Of a DNA stretch of 64,000 nucleotides, positions 49,354 to 57,835 are shown in pieces (the first letter of the stretch is position 1; the number at the start of each line of letters is the position of its first letter). The notes under the pieces are model-generated. The model searched no databases and had not been told where the DNA came from. It saw only the letters and a list, made by a program, of their open reading frames with translations. The position numbers were made by a program, and so were the translations under genes. The stretch is taken from assembly GCA_963746335.1 (NCBI GenBank), contig CAVVAK010000004.1, positions 24,672 through 88,671 of the forward strand, read 5' to 3'. This stretch comes from an uncultured Actinomycetota bacterium (GTDB lineage: Bacteria; Actinomycetota; UBA4738; HRBIN12).

Positions 49354-49854
49354 GTGACGGAGCCCAGAGGCGAGCTCGCCGAGCTGTACGTCCGCCACGT
49401 GCCCGCCGCCAACCGCCTGGCGTACCTGCTCACCGGGGACCGCTCGCAGGCGGAGGACCTGGTGCACGACGCGTTCGTACGGTGCGTCGGCCGATTCGGG
49501 CACCTCCGAGCCCACGAAGCCTTCGATGCCTATCTGCGCCGCACGATCGTCAACCTTCACACATCTCGGCTCCGCCGCATGAGGGTCGAGCGTGCGTGGC
49601 TCTCGAAGGAGGCGGGGCGGGTCGAGCGTGCCGCGACGTCGGGCTTGCCCGACGTCGCGGGACGCGAGGACATGTGGCGCCGACTGGCGACGCTGCCGCC
49701 TCGCCAGCGGGCGGCGCTCGTCCTCCGCTACTACGAGGATCTGTCGGAACGAGAGACGGCGGATGCGCTGCGGTGCTCCGTCGCCGCGGTGAAGTCGTTG
49801 ACGGCGCGAGCCACGACCGCGCTCCGCGAAGGGATCAGGGGTGAGGACGCATGA
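49354..49854 (+). CDS. ECF-type sigma-70 family RNA polymerase sigma factor
   Basis: Frame of track ORF 49306..49854. I prefer GTG 49354 (GGAAAGGA 6 nt upstream); ATG 49321 is an alternative. Region 2 AEDLVHDAFVR. Region 4 LPPRQRAALVLRYYEDLSERETADALRCSVAAVKSLTARA. Confidence 0.85.
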   Translation: MTEPRGELAELYVRHVPAANRLAYLLTGDRSQAEDLVHDAFVRCVGRFGHLRAHEAFDAYLRRTIVNLHTSRLRRMRVERAWLSKEAGRVERAATSGLPDVAGREDMWRRLATLPPRQRAALVLRYYEDLSERETADALRCSVAAVKSLTARATTALREGIRGEDA

Positions 49855-51830
49855 CCACGGACATCGAACGTGAGCTCCGCGAGCTGTTCCGCGACAAGGC
49901 CGGCGAGGCGCCGGTGTCGACGCTCGGCACCTCGGGGCCCGCGCCGCAGCGAGTGCTGCGTCGCGGCCGCCGCCGTCAGGTGGGTACCGTCCTCGGGTCC
50001 GCGCTCGTTGCCATGGTGGTGGCGGGGGGATCCTTCGTGGGGCTCCGTTCGCTCCTGCGGAGCGACTCGGATCCGTTCCCGACCGGTCGGTACGAGGTCT
50101 TCGAGCGCACCGCCACGATCGAGGCGTTCACGGTCACCGGTCCTTCGGACTGGTATCTCGTGAACGAGTGGCCCCTGTCGATGCAGATGGCGGTCGGATC
50201 GTCGGGCTCCTCGGGCGAGTGCACGGCCGATCCGAGTGGGAACGAGACCTGCGAACAGACAGGCGAGACGACCGAGCCACTCCCGCTTCCCCACGGACTC
50301 CCGATGATCCAGCTCTCCAACATCGACACGGGACTCGCGTCGATCGCCTGCCGGGACGGGCTTCCGGACGGAGCCGCGGTTCTCTACGTAGCCCTCGACT
50401 ACGGGCGAGCCATCGAAGGGATCGCGGATCCGTCCGCAGGACGGTGGCCGGGCTCAACGACCGAGGAGGCCGGCGCCTGCGGACCCGGCTCCTACACGAG
50501 GTTCACGGTGAACGGAGAGCCATTCTTCTCATGGATCGGCTTCGGCGACGGGGTCACCGAGGATGACCGGTCGAGCCTGCTCGCCACCTACGAGTCGCTG
50601 ACCGTCGACGACGGTTGGGAACCGGTGCCCCCGAACGCCGTCACACCCGCCTACGTGATCGCCGGCGGCTCCGACGGGACGAACGGACCCTGGCGCCTCG
50701 AGCTTCGCCGCGATGCGAACGCCGAGGGGGATGCGGTCGACCTGTCGCTGGAGGATGGCCCAGCTCCGACCAGGTTGCTCACGGACGGCACCGCCGGGCC
50801 CCTGACGTGGACCGGCACCGACCCGATCTTCGGAGTGGTCGCGAAGGAAGCCACCGGGATCGAGTTCCGGCCGGGGACCGAGAACGAGTCATACGACCTC
50901 GGCGGTTCGCCGGTTCCCGGCACGATCCTTCCGGTTCCGTCGGCCATGGGATCCTTCGACTTCGACATCTTCTTCATCGACCTCCCGGCCGACTACGGCG
51001 AGCTCGGTGGCCACGTGATCGCGCTCGGTGTCGAGCCCACCACGGGCGAGTCGCCACCGCCGGTCGCCGCGCCTCGGGGAGACGAGGTCGAGTTCGCCGG
51101 CGACGCGTTCGGTCAGCGGTATCGGGTTCGATTCACCGGCGCCTTCGCTGACGACTCGGCCTGCATCCACGTCACGATCGGCGCCCAAGGCAACGAACCG
51201 CTGTGCCCGAAGCCGCTCGCGACCTCGCTGGCCGGCACCCAGCCCTCGATGCACGGCGTGACGACGACGAAGCTGAACCTGCTGGTCGGATCGGTGTCTC
51301 CCGACGTCGTCGAGATCCGGTTCACGAGCGATGACGGGACGGATCCGCCGACGCAGTTCCAGTGTCAGATGGGACCGCTCGGCTGGACCGAGCCGGACCG
51401 GAAGGTGTGCGCGATGGCGTTGCCGCCCGATGGGTCCGGGACGTTCGCGTACCTCGGCTCCGACGGGGGCGTGCTCTTCGAGGAAGGGATGGGCTGGGGA
51501 TCCTCCGAGGCAACGGCAGTCACACCGATGCCGGTGGATCCCGTCCACGGGGGGACCTACTGGGCGGTGTACCCGTGGGTCGGCGCCCCAGGTGACCGCG
51601 AAGCGGACGACGTGAGCGCCTGGCTCCTCCAGGAGTTCGGGATCGAGGCCTTCCCCGGCGACCTCGCTTGCGATCAGGGGGCGGCGGAAGGGCTGGGGAC
51701 GGATGCGGAGCAGGGCATCGGCCTGTACTTCGATACGGAGGACGAGGCGGGAGCGTTCGCCCTGCAGGCCGGACTGCTCGATCACACCAGGCGTGTGATC
51801 GCACACGTCACGACGTACTGCCTCGATTAG
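49851..51830 (+). CDS. Membrane-anchored protein with a large extracytoplasmic domain; putative sigma-factor partner
   Basis: 659-aa ORF whose ATG overlaps the sigma gene stop (ATGA). A short cytoplasmic N-terminus (IERELRELFRDKAGE) precedes one TM helix (VGTVLGSALVAMVVAGGSFVGL) and about 590 aa outside. No ZAS or other known anti-sigma motif seen. Confidence 0.7.
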   Translation: MTTDIERELRELFRDKAGEAPVSTLGTSGPAPQRVLRRGRRRQVGTVLGSALVAMVVAGGSFVGLRSLLRSDSDPFPTGRYEVFERTATIEAFTVTGPSDWYLVNEWPLSMQMAVGSSGSSGECTADPSGNETCEQTGETTEPLPLPHGLPMIQLSNIDTGLASIACRDGLPDGAAVLYVALDYGRAIEGIADPSAGRWPGSTTEEAGACGPGSYTRFTVNGEPFFSWIGFGDGVTEDDRSSLLATYESLTVDDGWEPVPPNAVTPAYVIAGGSDGTNGPWRLELRRDANAEGDAVDLSLEDGPAPTRLLTDGTAGPLTWTGTDPIFGVVAKEATGIEFRPGTENESYDLGGSPVPGTILPVPSAMGSFDFDIFFIDLPADYGELGGHVIALGVEPTTGESPPPVAAPRGDEVEFAGDAFGQRYRVRFTGAFADDSACIHVTIGAQGNEPLCPKPLATSLAGTQPSMHGVTTTKLNLLVGSVSPDVVEIRFTSDDGTDPPTQFQCQMGPLGWTEPDRKVCAMALPPDGSGTFAYLGSDGGVLFEEGMGWGSSEATAVTPMPVDPVHGGTYWAVYPWVGAPGDREADDVSAWLLQEFGIEAFPGDLACDQGAAEGLGTDAEQGIGLYFDTEDEAGAFALQAGLLDHTRRVIAHVTTYCLD

Positions 51831-52811
51831 CTAGACCTGATTGTCGCCGCCGAAGATCTCGGAGACCGACGAGTCCTCGAAGACGGCGCGCAGACCGTTC
51901 GCGATCAGCGGCGCGATCGAGAGCACCTTCAGCTTCGCGAACGTCCGCTCCTCGGGGATCGGCACGGTGTTGGTGACGACGACCTGCTGGATCGGGGCTT
52001 CCTCCAGGAGTTGGCGAGCTTTGCCGCTGAACAGTCCGTGGGTCGCCCCCACGTAGATCGGGCCCGCCCCCATCTCCGCGAGGACCTGCACGCCCTTCGA
52101 GATCGTCGCCGCGGTATCGATCATGTCGTCGACGATCACGCACGGCCTGCCTTCGACCTCACCCACGACCGCCATCTCCTCGATCTTGTGGGCTTCCTTC
52201 CGCGACCGCCGCTTGTACAGGAACGCGAGGTCGGCGTGGAGGTATTCGCGCAGCTTCTCCGAGGTCTTGATCCGACCCGCGTCCGGCGCGACCACGACGA
52301 GGTGGTCGCCGTGCAGACCCAACTCGTCCTTGAAGTAGTCGGACAGGATCGGAAGGGCCGTCAGATGGTCGAATGGGAAGTCGAAGTAACCCTGGATCTG
52401 CCCCGAATGCAGGTCGACCGAGATCACCCGGTCCGCGCCGGCCGTCGAGAGCAGGTCGGCAACGAGCTTCGCGCTGATCGGCTCCCGGGAGAGCGCCTTG
52501 TGGTCCTGCCGGGAGTACCCGTAGTACGGGATCACGGCGTTGATCCGCTTGGCCGACGCGCGTTTCATCGCGTCGATCATGATGAGCTGCTCCATCAGCG
52601 CCTCGTTCACGGGCTCGTAGTGCGACTGGACGACGAACACGTCCGCGCCGCGCACGCTCTCCTCGGATCGGAAGTAGATCTCTCCCGACGCGAAGCGCCT
52701 GAGCTCGCTGTGGCTCACCGGGATACCGAGGCATTCGGCGATCTCGCTTCCGAGCGCCGGATGGATCGTGCCGGAGAACAGCATCATCCGCTTCTTGGTG
52801 ATGATCTCCAC
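51831..52811 (-). CDS. prs: Ribose-phosphate pyrophosphokinase
   Basis: 326-aa ORF. Motifs: MMLFSGTIHPALGSEIA, RFASGEIY, VVAPDAGR, VIVDDMIDTAATI. Confidence 0.95.
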   Translation of the reverse strand: MEIITKKRMMLFSGTIHPALGSEIAECLGIPVSHSELRRFASGEIYFRSEESVRGADVFVVQSHYEPVNEALMEQLIMIDAMKRASAKRINAVIPYYGYSRQDHKALSREPISAKLVADLLSTAGADRVISVDLHSGQIQGYFDFPFDHLTALPILSDYFKDELGLHGDHLVVVAPDAGRIKTSEKLREYLHADLAFLYKRRSRKEAHKIEEMAVVGEVEGRPCVIVDDMIDTAATISKGVQVLAEMGAGPIYVGATHGLFSGKARQLLEEAPIQQVVVTNTVPIPEERTFAKLKVLSIAPLIANGLRAVFEDSSVSEIFGGDNQV

Positions 52812-52820
52812 GGTCGCCCC

Positions 52821-54296
52821 CTACCGTTTCCCTTTCGAGCGGTGCTTCTCGTCGGCCCGCTTCCGGTAGCCCTTCACCGTCTTCTGGTCGGCCCGCTCGA
52901 CCGCGAGCGCGCCGGCCGGCACATCCTTCGTGATCACCGAGCCTGCCCCCGTCACGGCGCCCTTGCCGATCCTGACCGGCGCCACCAGCATCGTATCCGA
53001 CCCGATCCTCGCCCCGTCGGCGATAACGGTCGGGTGCTTCTCGTAGCCGTCGTAGTTGACGACGACCGTCCCCGCGCCGATGTTCACCCCGGCCCCGACC
53101 TCCGCGTTGCCGACATAGGTGAGGTGCTTCGCCTTCGAGCGCTTGCCGATCCTGGAGGCCTTGACCTCGACGAAATTCCCGACGAGCGCACCGTCGTCGA
53201 GAACGGCACCCGGCCGCAAGCGAGCGAACGGCCCCACCTCGCACCCTTTGCCGACCCTGGCGCCCTCGAGCACCGAGAACCAGACGACGGAGCCGTCGCC
53301 GACGCGCGACGACGCGATCGCGGTCGAGGGCCCGACGGTGCAGCCGGCGCCGATCCCCGAACCGGCTTCCACGAACGTGTTCGGATAGATCACGGTGTCC
53401 CGCCCGATCTTCACCTCGACATCGATGTAGGTCGCGTCCGGGTCGATCAACCGCACCCCCGCCGCCATGTGTCGTTCGTTGACCCGGCGCCGGACCAGCG
53501 CCTCCAAGGCGGCGAGGTCGCCCTGCGTGTTCGCGCCGAGGATCCCTCCCGTGTCGCAGGCCACGGCGTCGACGCGCTCGCCCTTGTCGAGGAGGATCGA
53601 GATCGCCCGGTTCAGGTAGTACTCGCGTTGGCGGTTCTCGCGATCGAGGAGCGGCAGGGTCGCGTACAGGAGGTCGCGTCGGAAGGCGATCCAGTTCGTC
53701 GCCACCTCATGGATCTTCCGAACGGCAGGTGGGGCATCCCGCCCCTCGACCACGTCGACGACGCGAGAGCCCTCGCGCACGACCCGGCCGTACCCGCCCG
53801 GTCGGTCGAGGTTCGTGGATCCCAGCGTGACGGCCGCGCCGGTGCGGCGGTGGGACGTGAGGAGCTTCGTCAGGTCGGTCGCGGAGATCGGGTCGAAGTC
53901 GCCATTGGCGACGAGGACGTCGTCCGCCTTGCCGACCGCTTTCTCTGCGAGCTGGATCGCGTGCCCCGTCCCGAGTTGCTCGGCCTGCTCGACGAAGATC
54001 GGAGCGGGCTTCAATGCCCACGACTCAACGGCAGCGCGGACGTCGTCGGCACCATGACCGATCACCACGACGATCCGCGCGGGCTTGGCCGCGCGCACGA
54101 CCTGGAGCGTGTGCCACAGGATGGGCCGGCCGCAGACCTGGTGCAGGACCTTGGGAGTATCCGAGCGCAGCCGCTTCCCCTTGCCGGCAGCGAGCACAAC
54201 CGCGGCGACCGATCGACGGGTTCGCTTGGGATTCGTGCCCACGTCTGTTCTTGAGACCTCGTCGTTCATCGGGGGCATCAGGGAAGGCGGGCTCAT
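52821..54296 (-). CDS. glmU: Bifunctional UDP-N-acetylglucosamine pyrophosphorylase / glucosamine-1-phosphate N-acetyltransferase
   Basis: 491-aa ORF. AVVLAAGKGKRLRS, then left-handed beta-helix hexapeptide repeats in the C-terminal half. The true start is probably downstream (GTG 54242), because the first codons use A-ending triplets atypical for this genome. Confidence 0.95.
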   Translation of the reverse strand: MSPPSLMPPMNDEVSRTDVGTNPKRTRRSVAAVVLAAGKGKRLRSDTPKVLHQVCGRPILWHTLQVVRAAKPARIVVVIGHGADDVRAAVESWALKPAPIFVEQAEQLGTGHAIQLAEKAVGKADDVLVANGDFDPISATDLTKLLTSHRRTGAAVTLGSTNLDRPGGYGRVVREGSRVVDVVEGRDAPPAVRKIHEVATNWIAFRRDLLYATLPLLDRENRQREYYLNRAISILLDKGERVDAVACDTGGILGANTQGDLAALEALVRRRVNERHMAAGVRLIDPDATYIDVEVKIGRDTVIYPNTFVEAGSGIGAGCTVGPSTAIASSRVGDGSVVWFSVLEGARVGKGCEVGPFARLRPGAVLDDGALVGNFVEVKASRIGKRSKAKHLTYVGNAEVGAGVNIGAGTVVVNYDGYEKHPTVIADGARIGSDTMLVAPVRIGKGAVTGAGSVITKDVPAGALAVERADQKTVKGYRKRADEKHRSKGKR

Positions 54297-54366
54297 GGTC
54301 CCATATGGGCGCGATACGTGGCGCGCCTATCATCGATCGCCCACCACCTGCGTCGAAAGGGGAAAC

Positions 54367-54837
54367 ATGAGCGTCGCCAGCGAGGCCTACATGCTCCCAC
54401 CTCGCGGGGGAAGGCTGATCGACCTCGGCGCGTTCTCGATGTCCGTCAAGGCGTCCGCGGACGGGACTGGTGGTGCGTTCACACTCCTCGAGGCGAACGA
54501 GCCACCCAACTTCGGACCGCCGCTTCACATCCACCATGGGATCGCGGAGGCCTTCTACGTCCTCGAAGGCGAGTACATCATCTTCTTGGATGAGAAGGAG
54601 TTCCGATGCCCCGCCGGGTCGTTCATCTTCATCCCCGCCGAGACGCCACACGGATTCAGGGTGGGCGAGGTCGCGAGCCGCAAGCTCAACATCTATCTGC
54701 CCGCTTCGATGGTCGGCTACTTCGACGACCTGAGCGACGCCATGAAGAACGGCACGGCCGATGAGGACGAGTTGTCCCAGATCGCAGCGCGACATGCTCT
54801 CGAGGTGATCGGGCCCGTGCCGGAGGGCTACCTGTGA
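54367..54837 (+). CDS. Cupin-domain protein
   Basis: Frame of track ORF 54085..54837, trimmed to ATG 54367. Cupin motifs GPPLHIHHGIAEAFYVLEGE and PAETPHGF. Confidence 0.8.
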   Translation: MSVASEAYMLPPRGGRLIDLGAFSMSVKASADGTGGAFTLLEANEPPNFGPPLHIHHGIAEAFYVLEGEYIIFLDEKEFRCPAGSFIFIPAETPHGFRVGEVASRKLNIYLPASMVGYFDDLSDAMKNGTADEDELSQIAARHALEVIGPVPEGYL

Positions 54838-55100
54838 GGGTCGGACCGGTCGGCGTGGGCCGGGGGCACCTGGATGTCAAGTCAGATCCCTCCATACGCA
54901 CGCCGGCTTGACAAGCCCTAGGAGCGTGTGTCGCTCCGATCCAGGTCAGGAATGCTTACCGGCGCTTACCGCTCGAACCGCCACCTTTCCGTCCGGACCC
55001 AGCAACTCGGAGACGGGCCTCCGCTTCGAGGGCATGACCCCACGACTGGAAGGGGTTCAACGGGTCCAACGGTGATCTCGGTCCGCTCCAGCGGATGGGA

Positions 55101-55856
55101 TCAGGCGAGGTCGGCCGGTGAACCGTCACCGTAGAGCGACCAGACGGCTCGCGGGATCCGTTGGTGGAATCCTTCGACTGAAGTGAGGGTGCGTTCAAGC
55201 TCATCCGGCGGCAGCTGCGGCATCCACGCGAGCAGCCAGCCTTCCTGGAGCTGGAAGCCGAGTGCCGGATCCGACTCGAGCAGCCAGCCGATCATCCTCT
55301 GGTCGATCACGGCCGAGGCCAGCCTGCGATCGTCCGAACGAACCTCGAAGCGCCGGTTGAACTCGTCGAGCTCCAACTCGATCCGCTGCAGACCCGCTGC
55401 GTTCCGGGCGACGTCGAGAGGGCCGTGACGACGGACCAACAGCGACGGCCACCCGTCCGGGATCCGAACCATGGCGCAGGAGTAGCGGATCTCGTCCTCG
55501 CCGGGCCGCCGGTAGTCGAAGGCCCGCACCTCGCGACCGTCGCGCACTCCCCAGACCACGTTCTCGACGCGTTGGGTGCCGGGCAGCTTGCCGAACCGCA
55601 GGAACGGGTGGAAGTCGGCGTCGAGCACCCGGAAGGGGTCCCGCCGCGAGAAGGAGAGACCGAGGCGCAGCGCTTCCCGCTCGACCGCGGACCGGCGCGA
55701 GAACTTGCGATAGAGGTTGACGAGCGCGATACCGCCCACGTAGAGCGCGAGCATGACGAATACGGCGCGCTCGTCCCCGGCGACGACGAGGGCGGTGAAC
55801 AGCAGTGCGGCGGCCACTCCTGCCACCGCGATCAAGGCCATCTTCGCTGTCGACAT
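55101..55856 (-). CDS. Membrane protein, DUF3137-like (weak family call)
   Basis: Frame of track ORF 55101..55931, trimmed to ATG 55856 (GGAGAG upstream). Two N-terminal TM helices, then IELELDEFNRRFEVRSDDRRLASAVIDQRMIGWLL, which resembles DUF3137. Confidence 0.6.
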   Translation of the reverse strand: MSTAKMALIAVAGVAAALLFTALVVAGDERAVFVMLALYVGGIALVNLYRKFSRRSAVEREALRLGLSFSRRDPFRVLDADFHPFLRFGKLPGTQRVENVVWGVRDGREVRAFDYRRPGEDEIRYSCAMVRIPDGWPSLLVRRHGPLDVARNAAGLQRIELELDEFNRRFEVRSDDRRLASAVIDQRMIGWLLESDPALGFQLQEGWLLAWMPQLPPDELERTLTSVEGFHQRIPRAVWSLYGDGSPADLA

Positions 55857-55956
55857 CGACGGCTCTCCTGGCTCACGCTCCGGGTCGGATCGAGCGTGGG
55901 CAAAATGCTCGACCGCTCTGACCTGCGACATGCGCCAGGGGAGCGCGGTTCCCAGG

Positions 55957-56027
55957 TTCCGGGGGGAGGAGTCGAACCTCCATACCAGGCTCCAAAGGCC
56001 CGTGTCTTGCCGTTAGACCACCCCGGA
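55957..56027 (-). tRNA. tRNA-Gln, anticodon UUG
   Basis: Hand-folded from the reverse strand. Acceptor TCCGGGG/CCCCGGA with discriminator A. D arm GTCT-AACGGCA-AGAC. Anticodon stem CGGGC/GCCTG with loop CTTTGGA (anticodon TTG). T arm GGAGG-TTCGACT-CCTCC. 71 nt, no encoded CCA. Confidence 0.9.
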
Positions 56028-56915
56028 GGGATCGACGTCGATTCTGGCAGGCCTGGAAAGCTGGGGAGGGGCATCTACGACGAGCGAGCCGGGGACGGCG
56101 CGGGCGATGTCCGGCGCCGTCGCGAACGGGCAGAGCGCCACCACCGTCGGTCCGGAGCCGCTCATCACCGCACCTTCCGCGCCAGCTTCCATGAAGGCTT
56201 CGATCGTCTGCGAGATCTCCGGATGGCGGGCCGCGACCGGTTCCTGAAGATCGTTGTAAAGGGCGCTCCCCAGGAGGGCGTTGTTGCCGGCCTCCGCCGC
56301 GGCGATCAGCGCTCCCGGATCCGGGCCCGTCGCTGCCCCTTCGTCCCACCACTCGTAGGCGTCCGCCGAGGACACACCGAATCCCAACGGCTTGACGACC
56401 CACGTCGTCGACTGCACGAGCACCGGCGACACCCGCTCACCGCGCCCTTCTGCGTACGCGGGCTCGCCGAGGAGCAGTGCCGGGACATCGGAGCCGATGG
56501 CTTCCGCCGATCGAGCGAGCCCCTCGCGACCCCAGCCGACGGCCCAGAGCTCATCGAGCAGCAAGATGGTCGCCGCGGCGTCGGCCGAACCGCCGCCGAG
56601 GCCGGCGGCGACGGGGATGCGCTTCTCGATCGTGATGTGCGCGCCCGGTGGTTCCCCGCCGCCGGCCTTCGCGACCTCGGCGGCAAGCGCGCGAGCGGCG
56701 CGGATCGCGAGGTTCTCGTCATCGGCGCGGACCCCTTCGGCGGCGGGCCCCTCGATCGACAGGGTCAGCTCGTCGGCGGGTTCCACCGTCACGTCGTCCG
56801 CGAGCGAGATCGGGAGGAGGAGCGTCTCGATGTCATGGTAGCCGTCCTCGCGACGCCCGAGGACGCGAAGGAACACGTTCAACTTCGCATGCGCCGCCAT
56901 CGCAAGAGCAGTCAT
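56013..56915 (-). CDS. ispE: 4-diphosphocytidyl-2-C-methyl-D-erythritol kinase
   Basis: Frame of track ORF 56013..57113, trimmed to ATG 56915, which overlaps the rsmA stop (ATGA). Motifs: AKLNVFLRVLGRREDGYH, KRIPVAAGLGGGSADAAA, MSGSGPTV. The ORF tail runs 15 nt into tRNA-Gln. Confidence 0.9.
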   Translation of the reverse strand: MTALAMAAHAKLNVFLRVLGRREDGYHDIETLLLPISLADDVTVEPADELTLSIEGPAAEGVRADDENLAIRAARALAAEVAKAGGGEPPGAHITIEKRIPVAAGLGGGSADAAATILLLDELWAVGWGREGLARSAEAIGSDVPALLLGEPAYAEGRGERVSPVLVQSTTWVVKPLGFGVSSADAYEWWDEGAATGPDPGALIAAAEAGNNALLGSALYNDLQEPVAARHPEISQTIEAFMEAGAEGAVMSGSGPTVVALCPFATAPDIARAVPGSLVVDAPPQLSRPARIDVDPSGVV

Positions 56916-57775
56916 GTCGGGAGCGCCTGGGATGTCAGTGCCTCGGCGATCCGCGCGAACTCCTCCAGCGACAGAGTCTCGGCGCGCGCCGAGGGGTCGA
57001 CGCCGGCCGCCGTCAGGAGACCGTCGGCCTCCTCCCCGTCGATGCCCAGTCGCCGGAGAGCGTTCCGCATCGTCTTCCTCCGCTCGGCGAACCCGGCGTT
57101 CACCACCACCCACAGGCGCTCCTCGTCGACCCCGACCCGAGGCTCCTCCAGGCGCTGGAGGCGGACGATCACGGACTCCACCTTGGGGCGCGGCCAGAAC
57201 ACCGAAGCGGGGACGCGGCGGACGAGGGTTCCCTCGGCCCGGTAGGCGATCCGGACGCTCGGGATCCCGTAGGCATCCTCGCCGGGGCCGGCAGCCAGGC
57301 GCTCCCCCACCTCGCGCTGGACCATCACCACGAGGCGGCGGACCTGGGGCACGTGCTGCAAGGTGTCCAGCACGAGCTGGGTCGCCACGTTGTACGGGAG
57401 GTTGGCGGCGAGCACCCAGTCGCCATCACCGAGCTCGTCCCGCCATCCGCCGTCGGTCGCGTCCGCGTGCAGCACGCGGACGCGATCCAGCCCGGCGGTC
57501 GATTCCCGCAGCGCGGGGATGAGCGCTGGGTCCACCTCGACGGCGAGCACCTCGGCGCCGGCGTCGGCGAGCGCTCGCGTGAGCGAGCCGAGGCCGGCGC
57601 CGATCTCGACCACGCGGTCGCCCGGCCCCACACCCGCGTCCGACGCGATCGCGCGCGCGAGGTTGGGATCGATCAGGAAGTGCTGTCCGAGCGCGCGCTT
57701 GGGCCGGATGCCGTGCCGGTCGGCGAGCGCGCGCAGCGCGCCCGCCCCGAACGGAACTGGCTCGACGCCGTTCAC
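56912..57775 (-). CDS. rsmA: 16S rRNA (adenine1518/1519-N6)-dimethyltransferase RsmA/KsgA
   Basis: Frame of track ORF 56912..58084. Motifs: LGQHFLIDPN, VVEIGAGLGSLT, ANLPYNVAT. I chose GTG 57775, 28 aa before LGQHF, as in other KsgA proteins. An in-frame ATG at 57928 cannot be excluded. Confidence 0.85.
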   Translation of the reverse strand: MNGVEPVPFGAGALRALADRHGIRPKRALGQHFLIDPNLARAIASDAGVGPGDRVVEIGAGLGSLTRALADAGAEVLAVEVDPALIPALRESTAGLDRVRVLHADATDGGWRDELGDGDWVLAANLPYNVATQLVLDTLQHVPQVRRLVVMVQREVGERLAAGPGEDAYGIPSVRIAYRAEGTLVRRVPASVFWPRPKVESVIVRLQRLEEPRVGVDEERLWVVVNAGFAERRKTMRNALRRLGIDGEEADGLLTAAGVDPSARAETLSLEEFARIAEALTSQALPT

Positions 57776-57802
57776 GGCCGGAGCGTAGTCAGGTCCGAAA
57801 CG

Positions 57803-57835
57803 GTTCGGTCCCGGGCCGATGGCCCGGGACCGAAC
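57803..57835 (-). terminator. Perfect 15-bp G/C-rich stem with 3-nt loop; candidate terminator/attenuator just upstream of rsmA
   Basis: GTTCGGTCCCGGGCC-GAT-GGCCCGGGACCGAAC read directly from the sequence. On the - sense it is followed by CCGUUUCGG and ends 27 nt before GTG 57775. The role is inferred only. Confidence 0.4.

Noticed and set aside
52011-54254. 747-aa forward ORF antisense to prs and glmU
   Set aside because: For the same reason, prs and glmU signatures are on the reverse strand.
54908-54913. TTGACA hexamer as a -35 promoter element in the cupin/DUF3137 spacer
   Set aside because: There is no TAnnnT -10 at 16-19 nt on either strand, and no downstream gene in the right orientation. 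It is better explained as one arm of the TGTCAAG/CTTGACA inverted repeat.
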